From contig RHPI01000560.1 in NCBI GenBank assembly GCA_009103225.1, positions 231,465 through 295,464 on the forward strand: a stretch of 64,000 nt of DNA, read 5' to 3'. Below, piece after piece: positions 25,311 to 36,525 of this stretch. Position numbers and translations under genes: made by a program. Each line of letters begins with the position of its first letter. Positions within the stretch are counted from its first letter, which is position 1. This DNA is from Chlorokybus atmophyticus (taxonomy: Eukaryota; Plantae; Mesostigma and Chlorokybus algae). Under the pieces are notes generated by a model. The model did no database searches. It had not been told where the DNA came from and saw nothing but the letters and a program-made list of their open reading frames with translations.

Positions 25311-27818
25311 GGCAGCGACAGCGGCGGCGACGGACTTCCTGGCCAGGGCGCGCCTGTGGGAAGGAGAGGGCGGCGACGTCAATGAGGATGTCTCCGCCCT
25401 GGACGCCGCCCGCCGCGGGAGCCTGGGCGCCCTCGTCCATGAAGACTGGCCGCCTGGGCGAGAAGCAAGGCTGCTTGCGGAAGCTCAGGTGCTGTGGGGT
25501 GTCGGCGTGCATGTGGGTATGGGCTTGGGTGTGGGTGTACTTGTAGGCCTCAGTGGTATTGGCCTAGTTTCTATCCTAGTTGCATTGCTCTTGGGCAGGC
25601 GTTGGACGCCAGGGTTGCAGCAGGCGACGTGGCGACCCTGCCTCTCCTGGGGTGGGTGGTCGGCGTTAAGGACCTTGTCCATGTAGCCGGCATGCCCACC
25701 AGAGCCGGCAGCAGCATACCGCCGGAAGACCTGGCAGGTGACACAAAGCATGCAATGCACAAACAAAAGCATGCATGCTACAAAAGCGAGTTAGTGCATG
25801 CTTGAAGCAGCTTCCACGGTCGGTCCTTGATTTCGTGCATGTGCACCGTTCAGCTTGTCGTTGTAGTGAAGGAGTCAGCTACTGATAAGCAAGCTTGGCC
25901 ACTTCACTGAACGCACAGCAGTATACAACAGTGTGATTGCCTGCGCATGCACGACAGCATAGGAGGGGCTAAGTGCTCACGAAGCCATCTGCCACTGTCA
26001 TCAGAAGCACTTTCTCATTGAACAGCTTGTTGTTGGAAAAGAGTAACACGCAGTGTTCATTCGTCCTGCCTTTGCAGTGGAATAAGAAGGGTGTCAACGT
26101 TAATATGGCCAGTGCAGGTCCGGAGGCACAGGTAGTCACCAGACTGCGTGCAGCGGGAGCCTTGTTGGTGAAGTGTGCAACGACCGAGCTAGGCCATTTT
26201 GCGCCCGTGCCAGGGGCTCGCAACCCGCGTGCGCCAGGCCGCACGCCTGGCGGCAGCAGCTGCGGGCCCGCTGCCGCCGTCGCCGCAGGCCTCTGCCGTG
26301 CAGCCGTTGGCACACAGACTGTCGGGTCCGTGTCGCGCCCTGCTGCCTACTGCGCTGTCGTGGGGTTCAAACCCACCCAAGGGCGCATACCCACCTCTGG
26401 GCTCGTTCCGGTGAGTGGGACATGCCGTGTTGGTGGTCGTTGGGTACTAGGGCTGATGGTCGTGTTGCTAACTCACAGCTGGCGCCTAGTTTGGACCATG
26501 TGGGTCTCCTTGCAAGGAACGTGGATGACCTCACCCAGGCTTGCGCTGCTGTTGGTATCAATGCACACGAGGTGGAAGCTGCTGATTGTGGGGAAGGTCA
26601 GTGACGATGGGTGCCATGCACACAAGCACGCATATGCACACATGCGCGCCTGGCTGCACCTACACACGCATGCAGGTAGGCACGCTTTTTCTGTTACAGT
26701 CACGCACAGCGATGTTGACATGCACCTATTTATAGCAGGGTATCCAGTGCTTGGGATCCCTTGCGAGTACTACCTATCGCACTGTGAGCCGGAGGCCCTC
26801 ACCCACTTTCATGCGACTCTGCACACACTTCAGGGCCAAGGGTGCAGTTTGTTTCCAGCTTTAGTCACTGCCTCAAGGTCGCAATGATATTTGCCGCTGA
26901 ATAACAGTTGTCTCCAATCCCAGGTGGACCATCTGCCCTACATCCATCTTGCAAGACTTTGATGAAGTGCAGCGGTGAGACCAGCTGTCTATTGCGTGTG
27001 CTTATGCTGCTTAGGCTTTGTGAGTGTTCTTGCCTGCGAGCTATGGATCATGCAATAGCACCAGCTGTGCCCGTAGTGACGACTGTTGACACGGTTTATC
27101 TGTGCAGACGGCATCGGGTGATACACTACGGCGAGTTTGCTCAAGAACAGCGCGAGCTCTTCCCGCGACATGGGCAGACTTACCGCATGCAGGTGCACAC
27201 TTTGGCTCATGCAAAAGTTGAGAATATATAACAATGACTGCTCTACTAATGGTCTGTTTCAGTGAACCACAGACGGCGGAGGTGATCAGGGAAGGCCAAA
27301 ACTTGCTTAGGCAAGAAGGCGTGTTGCAACGAGCACGAGAGGCGCGGGTGTCTTGGATGCAAGAGTTGGACAAAGCCTTCAAGGGCGATGGAAGTGAGGG
27401 TGCGACATATGATATGCTCATTGCGCCTGCCGCCACGGGACCTCCACCCAAGGGCTTTGGTATGTTCCCATTGAGTATGACTTCATCACTTGAATTGATG
27501 CACTGTTGCATAACCGCTGCCGTGCCTCAGAGGCGACAGGAAGCCCCATCATGGCCCTCCCATGGACGCACTCGGGGCTGCCCACCATTACGCTGCCTTC
27601 AGGGGTGATTGTTGACAACAACCAGGTATATGTGCTCCTTGGCTTTTTGCAAGTGGGTGAGTTGAGTGAAGAGTGTTTCTTTGCAGGAGTTGCCGGTAGC
27701 CATGACGTTGGTTGGACGGCGTGGAGGGGATGAGGCGTTGCTACGGGCAGCTGCGGCTGTTGAAGGCTGCCTCAAAGCGCGTGTGCCGGAGCCCACTTTA
27801 GGTTGCCTGCATTCATAA
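25309..27818 (+). CDS. Amidase-signature family enzyme (bacterial-type GTQTxGS subfamily), multi-exon
   Basis: [12 protein letters not shown] (catalytic Lys), TRAGS, NP...[16 protein letters not shown]...[71 protein letters not shown]; stop at 27816-27818. Confidence 0.9.
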
Positions 27819-28796
27819 CAAGCGATGCGGCAGTGATTGCATTTAATGAGAACTGCAGTAAGTCTTGATTGCTGGTGGTAGGCAGTCCGGTAAATATGAT
27901 TGAAAGCACAGTAATGAGCTGCTAATTCGGGCGAAGGATAGGGTATAGCACAGGGGCCAACAAGCAACAATAGCAACTATTAGCAACGCGACAACAATAA
28001 AGGCAATAAATACACCACAACAAGCAACACACAGCTAGCTAGCTACACTAAGGGGGCTGCTACCTATGTGCGTGCAAGCAGTAGGCAGTGGAGCAGGCAG
28101 TGGCAGTTAGGATAGATCTGCCAAACTACCTGCACAAGGTAGGGGGACAAATGATATGTAACAATGCAATATGGCGAATGGTTTGCAGTACAAGAGTGCT
28201 GCAGTGTACCAGTGAGTGGCCCGTCGCGACACAGAAGACACAATGGCTGCGATTGCTAGTCATATGCAGCGTTGCTGGCATATCCAGGCATTATTACCTA
28301 CGTTTGTTGTGCCTTCAATCTGTGCGACCACGCGGCTGTGTAAACCACGCTGCCTGATTACGACCAAGCAACTAGCTTTTCCTGCCCTCGTATCCATAGT
28401 AGCTTTCTACCGGTGTCACAGAAGACACAGATGCTGCCATTGCGCAAGGCACATCCATTGCCGGCCACCGCATGCAGTTACAAAAGGTTAAATCCTCACA
28501 TAATCGCTCACAACTTCAACACATCAACACCCCGCATGTTGTGTACACTTGTGTACACTGCAATATCACCATATAACCCAGTGAAGACGTAAAGCAACTC
28601 ACAGTCAACAATTGCTGTGCATCTGCGAGCCATAATGCGCAACACATTAAGAAACATAGTTTGTGCATGAGTGGTCGGCCAACGGCATTTGCCCGCCACA
28701 CAACTTACTGCCACGTGCAAGAGATGGCATTACACATGCTTGCAACTTGCAAGGGAATTACACCCCAACAGATGTCTCCGAACCATGTGCGAGCTT

Positions 28797-28845
28797 CACA
28801 ACATTGAGCGGGTCAGCACAACATTGAGCGGGTCAGCACAACATT
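28797..28845 (+). repeat. Perfect 20-bp tandem duplication
   Basis: CACAACATTGAGCGGGTCAG x2 followed by CACAACATT. Confidence 0.9.
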
Positions 28846-29332
28846 TTTATTGGAAGTCTTATTGCCGATATATCAACCGACCCGGTCATTTGCTAATCAA
28901 TGCAACCTGTTGACACGAAAGCCGCAGCATGTACCAACGAAACAAGCAGTTTGTTACCTAGTATTTTGACTTCACTGACAACTCGTAATGTTGTTACTCA
29001 ATCCTCTCTCTACTCAACTGACTGCATACTGCCACTGGGAGACCGTCGCTCGCTACTCCCTAAATGCGTCAATTCGATCAACTGCTTTCCGTTCTGACGA
29101 TCTGCGTCAATATTGCTTCAATGCCGCAAATTGCTCTGGACAAACGTCTTTCGACCCTCGCTGACAGGGTCGGCTGGAATCGCCAATATTACACGCCAAC
29201 AAACACGCAACAGCCAATCACAATCTGCTCCTGCAGCTAGTGCTGACAAAAATGTCGCTTACTCGCAGCAATTCCGCTGCTCAACCTGCATCTGTAATGT
29301 AGCTACACCTGGACCCTACCTTGTATGCCATT

Positions 29333-31487
29333 CTACTTTGAAAGTGACCGCATAAACCGTTGCAGTGAAGCCAGCATTCCCATAGCCTCAGCAGCAGCAG
29401 ATGGTGTTTCATTGCGCTCAGCGGCGTCCGCCTCAAGGATGATGTTCTGCAGCACAAGCACGCAATGAAGCCCCTTGGTAATGACTCGCCCCAGCACGCA
29501 CATGTTAAGAAAGACTCACCTCCAGCGCATCGCCACTAGGTCTGAAGTCACGCTCGGCAACCAGCTTGTACCGACCCTCCAGCTCAGGGTCCTCCAGAAA
29601 CACTTGCCATGGCCTGCGTTGTAGGCAAAGCAACACGTTGACCTTGCACGCAGTCCTTGGCATGCATAAACACAATTCAGGAACACACAGTGGTGCACTG
29701 TACTTACAGCGGATATTTCCGAAACACGCTGCCACCTCCCGGCAATGGCCGCAGTGAGTAGGCTACTGCGAATGTGCTGCCAGTACACATGTTACCGATC
29801 GATATTAGTGTGACCTGTTCGGCTGCTAGGACATGAGACGGCAAGCACAACACAACACAACTTACTTCAGAAAGGAGTCTCGCATGCGCCTGACATTGAG
29901 ACCTATTCCGACGTCACCGCTTTGTAGCGCTGGATTCCACATGATTAAAGGCCGAGGCTGGAACGCGTGATACATACAACGTCAGCCAATGCCAACACAG
30001 TGGAAACCTGATGCACGCTATACTGCCTCAGCATGTCAAGAAAATGCTGCATACATTGCCACCCTCTTCATCGGCAAGAAGCGTGCCAATTGCAGTGACT
30101 TGCTTCAACATCTGGTAGTCTGGCGCAAGCAGAACAACCACCTTGTCGCTCTCGCTAATAGGCTGGCGATCTGTCAAACTGCAACCAACTTCAATGCAAA
30201 CTGCAGAAAGACACTCATCCTATACCGCATGATATAACTGTCAACTGGCATGCTACACGCTCACGCACACCTTGCTATTGAGAACGTGGCGTCCGTCCAC
30301 AAACTCTTCAGCCATGCTGCAGCCCCAACATCAGGCAGAACAGCCTTAAGATTCTGTCAGGCACACATAAAACATTGCTTACGTTTGGACAATAGCGCAT
30401 GCAATGAGCAAGCAGGTAGCTGCAAGCAGTGATTGCAACAGCCCAGACTAAGCGCAGCACCTGTCCTATGTCCAGGTTCGCTTGCAATGCATCCATGAAC
30501 CGTCGCATCAAGTTGTAGATACGCTGTTGATCACCTTCTTCTGCTCTGTTCTCCAGCTCAGGTATCAACAACTCGACCTGCACCACGCCAATGCGCATTC
30601 AACAACTGCGATGCCATACATGCTCATGAGCAAAGCATGAGCCATGCTGTATTCAAGAGTCAACAAACCGTACCACTACTCGCTGTCCACCAGCGTCCAT
30701 CACATCTATACACGATCTGCCTGCCGTTTCCACGGCATCTTCTAGCGAGTCGGGAAGTATACTGCAGCACAACCATTGGGCAAGATGAGCACAAACACGT
30801 TAAGTGGAATGTGTGACGTGCCAGCAAGTGCGCCCTCCAGCAACCTGAAGAGCAGACGCACCTGTCAGCCCGATCTTCCAGCTGAGGTAGAGCGCCATTC
30901 GTGCCGGATGTGCTTGCCTCTTGCGACGAAGCACATGCGACAAGAGCTGTGCGTGCATGCGATGCTTTGCCCCTCTGCGAGAGCGCCCTAACCTGGGTAG
31001 GTGATCAGCTGTGAGAAGGCAGAAGGCAACAAGCAGGAATAATTGCTTCACATGCTCAACGTGAAACATGCAAGCTAGGTGCATCACGTCAGCGAAAAAG
31101 TACCTCAAATAAGCCACCTACCATACACTCAAGACACAAGACGACATGACGCTCAACCAGGAACAACTTGAATTTGTAACACTGTGATACAAGCGTAATG
31201 CACAAGAGTGCGAAGCGAGAGCATACCGCAAGCAGTCATTGCATTCTATCGCTCCCAGACATTAATTGCAGTTGGATTGCAAGAAAAGATTGTTGGAGAA
31301 ATGGCGGTACATGTTGAATTACGTACATGCATGCAAGCTGCCCACGTGCCCCAAACCCTAGCCTGACCTGTTGAGGAGAGCGGTGAGCCACTCTCAGCAA
31401 CGCTCGCACAGACGCCCTGGGGCGCAATGCGGCAGCATGCGGACTCCGCACCGCAACCGCAGCGCTCAATGACAGCGCAAGCGCCAT
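29333..31487 (-). CDS. Chloroplast DUF1995-domain protein (At5g27560-like)
   Basis: Transit peptide MALALSLSAAVAVRS; ILPDSLEDAVE, VELLIPEL, KAVLPDVGAAAWLKSLWTDATF, LAPDYQML, PLIMWNP...DVGIGLNVRRMR, WQVFLEDPELEGRYKLVAE...RP, LQRFMRSLSK*. Confidence 0.85.
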
Positions 31488-31630
31488 GTCTCTCCCACTG
31501 TTACACCACCAATCCACCCCGCCCACCCCGCCCACCTCCACCTCCAATCCTGCCGCTCAGCAGCCTGCCAGGATTAGGGTTTGGGACGCCTTGAAGGGAG
31601 CCTGTGACCCGTTTGGAGCGAACCACCCCA

Positions 31631-31747
31631 CACTGATTCACCAGTTTCAGTGAACGAATCAAACACGTGCAACGATCGATCCAGCATTGAAACCAGTCAG
31701 TGAGAGTTTCGCACCAATTCAAGCTGTTCACTGTCAGTGAATCAGTG
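31631..31747. repeat. Inverted repeat (11 bp + 8 bp arms with an internal loop) in the bidirectional intergenic region
   Basis: CACTGATTCAC (31631-41) pairs with GTGAATCAGTG (31737-47); CAGTGAAC (31648-55) pairs with GTTCACTG (31726-33). Confidence 0.7.
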
Positions 31748-32152
31748 CTGCCCTTCTGCTGCAACCAATGAGGTTGAACTCGAAGTCGCAGCAGGTTGTT
31801 AGCATCATCATCAGTCGGTCACATCAATTCGATAAACCACGCGCCTTTGCAAAGCGAAATTGTTCCTTTGCATGCCGCTGCTCTCCCGCAGCAACTAACC
31901 CATGAACCGGTTCAGATTGTAAGTTCTACCGGCCAGCGACGTGAGCGACGACGTACAAATATCGTTCTAACTATACATTGTACTGACTGTACGTGTAGCC
32001 TGGCTGAGAAAAAACGGTACGCGGGGGAGTTGATGTCAACGGGTACTTGCTGAGCGCTACGCTGCGCTGCGCTGCGCTGCCGTGCGGCGGCATTGGCGAC
32101 GTGGGCGGCGGCATCTTACTGCTTGGTGGGGCGGTGGTAGGCAAGGTGCACC

Positions 32153-35100
32153 ATGGCGTGTGCCATAGGCTCCGTTGCTGCGGGGTTGAAGCTGAACAGC
32201 TTGGCTCCCACTTCTGGGTTGAGGTGACCGTTGAGCTGCCGCTGCCGCTCCTGCTATGCTATGGTTGACGTGTTGTGCCTGAGCAGCAACTGTCATTGCC
32301 AGCTGGCTGCTTCGATTCGCATGTTGCTGTCGTGTGTTTTGGTTGGCTATGGTAAAGTCGTAGTTGATTGATATAGTATAACGTGGGGGGCAATTTGACA
32401 GCTGTCCTTTCATTGCTCGCCCGCCCTTTCGTTCCTTCCGAGTTCACCTGAACATGTGGCGATCAAAGCAGTGTCATGCTTGTTGCACTAGAATGCGACA
32501 TGCATGGAGGCTACCTGTGTCGCAAGCTTTGTGCAGTGAGGGCAGGTTGCCAATCCGGTGAGTCATTACGCAGCGTGCAAAATGCACTCTGTCATGTTAT
32601 CAATCCAACACATACTGTAACTTTGTCATAGCCAACTCAAAGTAACGGTTGTCACTAGCGTTTTGTCATGTTTGGTTGCATCACCCGTCAACCGCAAGTA
32701 CAATGAACAGTCGCAACAGGCTGGACCATTAAAATGCGTCCTCTGTTGCTTCGTCAGTTAACTCGCACATGCGCGAAGACATACATACATACTATGCAGA
32801 ATATGTTATCACAATTATACACAAGTCCCCNNNNNNNNCCCCCCCCCCCCCCCCCCCCCCTCTCTCAGATGAGCGCAATGTCAAGTGACCTCCAGTCGTT
32901 CTTGCGTTGGAGAATAAGCTCAGAATGCTTCTCCATTTCCATGCAGGCCTGCACAACAAGCCAGGCTTGCAAGGGCTGGGAGCTTGGGTGTCTCGTCTGC
33001 GCCAAGCACGTTGAGGCTCGGAGCTGGCCGCCGGTGTCACAGGATACGCACTGCCTGCTCCGCGTCCAAGGATGCGAAAGCCGCTCTGGATGATGCCGGC
33101 GATGCAGGCAAGCGCGCCTTGCGCGATGCGGAGAACGCTGTTGATGGAGCTGGCGATGCAGGCAAGCGCGTACTGCAAGATGCGGAGGATGCTGTTGAGG
33201 GTGCCAGGAAGACGGGCAAAGACTTCATTGACGACACAAAAGTCACGGCGCAGAAAACAGTGGCTACTGCGGTGAGGAATTGCTAGGTGCAGCTTTGACA
33301 GATGTGTTGTAGGTGTAGGTTGATAGCGCTATGAAAATGACCTCACCACTTGCGACACGCAGGTGCAAACCCCAGTGTACTCCAAGGAGTTTCTGAACTC
33401 CCGGATCGTCACATTCGCTGGCATCTTTATTGGGTAGGCGTTAAGTATAACATTGGCGACGCACCTGAGGATAGTGTCCACACCTCGTTCAGCTTACAAA
33501 AGTTTAGAGTACTTTACACGCATCCTGACCACCTCTTGTTGTGCAGCTATGGCAGCTACTACCTCACACGCAACAGCCTGACATTTGTTGCACCAGTTAT
33601 GATGAACGATCCTGCTCTTGGTCTGAGCCTTGCGCAAGTTGGAGGCCTGACATCCATCATGCCAGTGGCGTATGGTATCTCCAAGTTCCTGAGCGGTGTG
33701 CTCGGATCACGCACATCACCTGTTCAATTGCTAGCAGGTGCGCTACCGCTACCATTGAAGCCTGTTTCTGCTTCTTATACCACACACATAAGTATCGCAC
33801 AGCACATGCACGAGCATGCATCGTTATCATCTTGGTTGTTGCAGGTGGGCTTATGGCCACTGCAGTTGTGAACATTGCCTTTGGGTTCGGCTCCGCCTAC
33901 CTTTGGTTCTGCACCCTGTGGGCAGCCAACGGTGTTCTTCAGGTCTGGTGTGGTCAATGGAGTTCAGTGCTCATGAAACAAGCAAACTATCTGCTGCTTG
34001 CAAGTACAAACCAGCAGTTCTATCCGTGCAGGGCTTGGGAGCGCCTGCGTGTGCTCGCCTCCTCACCTCCTGGTTTGCCAGCAAAGAAAGAGGCACGTAT
34101 TGGGGCTTCTGGACTGCCTCAAACAATGTCGGTGGTTTTGCAGCTCCTCTGCTGGCTGGTTACGCCGCCAAGCACTATGGCTGGAGGTAAACATGGCTTG
34201 TAGATCATTTCTGGGCTGCGCATGGTCTACACTAGCAGGCAGCCTTTGGGTTTGAGTTGGTGGGTGGTTTGAGGGGCGAGTAACTGTTAGCACCGCTGGT
34301 GCAGTTGCAACAGACAATTGTGCTCATAGTACTATGCCACAACAATTGTGCGAACCCTGCATCAGTACGTAAGGTTGCTTGTGCTTTGTGCAGATGGGGT
34401 ATGTATGCCCCTGGACTGGTAGGCATAGTGGTGGGACTATTGCTGCTGACTGCAATGAAGGACAGCCCAGAGAGTCAAGGTTTCGCCCCTGTTGAGCAAG
34501 CAGCAAAGAAGGCAGTAGCCGGTGAGGCGCGGCTCTAACCATGACCAATGTTCCCTGCATGCTGTTTGTGCGTGAGTGCAGCAATGCAATACCAAGCCAT
34601 ATTGTACCGCTTTGATACTCACCTGCGATGGTGTTTAGCTGCAACTGGTGCCAAGCCTCCGTCCATGATGGAGTCCTTGCGAGAAGAAGTGTTGAAGAAT
34701 AAGTATGTTTGGCTGTTTGCCATCACGTACTTCTTTGTGTATGTGGTGCGCCAGGGAGTCACCTCCTGGTTCATCTTTTACTTGCTGAAGGTGAGTGGTT
34801 GCATATATTTCCATCCACTCTGAGTTAACGGTGTGTAACACCAATGGCCAATGTGTAACAGGCCAAGGGTGTAACAGATGCCGCTACAGCTGCAGTGCGT
34901 GTTTCCGGGCTGGAGTTGGGTGGACTTGTAGGCAGCTTGTCAGCAGGCAAGGAACACCCTTCAACAGGATGCTAGTTGCATTCACATTCACAGAATGTGT
35001 TAGCATCATGGGGCTTTGGCTTTGAGACTTACTCTTCGTTTGCATTGTACCTCAGGCAAGCTGTCTGACTATCTCATCTCCAAGAACACAAGCGGCAAGG

Positions 35101-35811
35101 ATGGCAATGTAGGACTGCGTGTCAAGGTATGTTTATTGCGTACGTGTAACATGTGCTGAGATGTTCCATTCAGCTGACAGCTGAACGTGTGTATGTCTGT
35201 TTATGCAGGTGGTCATGGCGTACTCCGCTTTGACAGCAGCATTCCTGTTCCTCTTCTCCATCTGCCCCAATGTGTCCTGGATGCAGTGGCTGAATGTGAC
35301 TGCAGTGGGCTTTGCCCTGTATGGCCCACAGATGCTCATTGGGCTGGCTGGCGCTGAGTGCGTGTCCAGGAATGCTGTCGGCGCGTGCCAAGGCTTCCTG
35401 GGATGGATTTCCTACTTGGGTACGAATTGTATTGAAACAAAGCTGCTCAACTGTTGTATCAAATGTACCCGCCATGCAACCTTCAATTGAGTTTGGCTTG
35501 CACGCCTCCTGTCTCTCCATGTGTCAAATTGCAAGTGAACGAAGGGTGTCTTGTGAACAACAAACCTAGGTCTAAGTGCTGGGGTTGGACATTTGTTTCT
35601 GTTTGGTTGACTGAAGCACTTGATTGATGTGTGGTCCTTGTGTACAGGTGCTGCGAATGCAGGAGCACCGCTTGCCATGGTTGTTCAGAAGTATGGCTGG
35701 GGAGTGTACTTCACAACACTCATCAGTGCCTGTGTCATCTGCTTGGTGCTGCTGCTCCCTATGATGAACCTCAAGAGCTATGTACAACAAGAAGCAGCGA
35801 AGACTGCTTGA
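32153..35811 (+). CDS. uhpC: Plastid-targeted UhpC/GlpT-family MFS sugar-phosphate transporter; exon 1 32153-32223, exon 2 from 32947
   Basis: Transit peptide MACAIGSVAAGLKLNSLAPTSGLR|PAQQARL...; GIFIG|YGSYYLTRNSL; YGISKFLSG; GLGAPACARLLTSWFASKERGTYWGFWTASNNVGG; HYGWR|WGM; KDSPESQG; YVVRQGVTSW; YGPQMLIGLAGAE...AVGACQGFLGWISYLG|AANAGAPL. Confidence 0.93.
32827..32860. other. Assembly gap (8 N) inside a poly-C run, in UhpC intron 1
   Basis: N at 32831-32838 flanked by C runs. Confidence 0.95.
33088..33205 (+). repeat. 54-nt (18-aa) in-frame tandem repeat in the UhpC N-terminal region
   Basis: DDAGDAGKRALRDAENAV / DGAGDAGKRVLQDAEDAV / EGA... Confidence 0.85.
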
Positions 35812-36525
35812 ACCCCATGCACCAAACCCCACACAGGGTACATGTAACCAGTCTCATGCACTTATTCATATGGTAGTTGGGTCTGCCAGTCTGTACTTTT
35901 GTAATTACTTTATTTTGTATGGTTTTGTGACACCATGTTGCAGTACTGCGGTTTGCATGTGCAAACCTGTGCAAACCTCTGTGTCCAGACATGTTTTCCA
36001 TCGGCTCAGCAAGACTTGCTGCATCTGACAAATACCAACTAACGCTCTCAACAAGGTTGAGTCGCATGTTCACCATGGTGTCAGTTTCTTTGACCACATT
36101 TCCAGCAATGCTGATAGGTCCATGTACTGCCTGAAGTACAAAGTATAGGCTGCGGGTGGCTCAGACACCCTTCCTGTTGATTGAGTTGGTGTATTGCACT
36201 GCTGCCTGTCGTGTAATATGTGTGGTACACAAATGCGATGCAGGATTGTATTAGACGTTGGGAACTTGCCACTGTGGAAACCCATGCAGTATATCATATA
36301 CCACTCACAAATACTCCGTATGCATGTGTACATAGCATAGATGCAGTATAAACATGCTCTGCACCAGAATTGAAACCACTTGCAAAACGTGTGAGGTGGT
36401 GATCAGAAATCCTGGCAACGCAGCCAACGCACAACTTGTTCTCAACCAGTGTTTGCCCTTAAGCATTGGCCCGCACAAACAAACCTCAGCAACAAAAGCA
36501 GATTCTGTAGCATTTATAGGGATGG

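Noticed and set aside
29152-29172. 7-bp perfect hairpin CGACCCT/AGGGTCG in the DUF1995 3' region
   Set aside because: A single short stem with no known motif; compatible with chance in 64 kb.
32057-32260. Minus-strand frames that looked like an extra gene
   Set aside because: Explained as the antisense of UhpC exon 1 (ATG 32153), whose splice phase fits exon 2.
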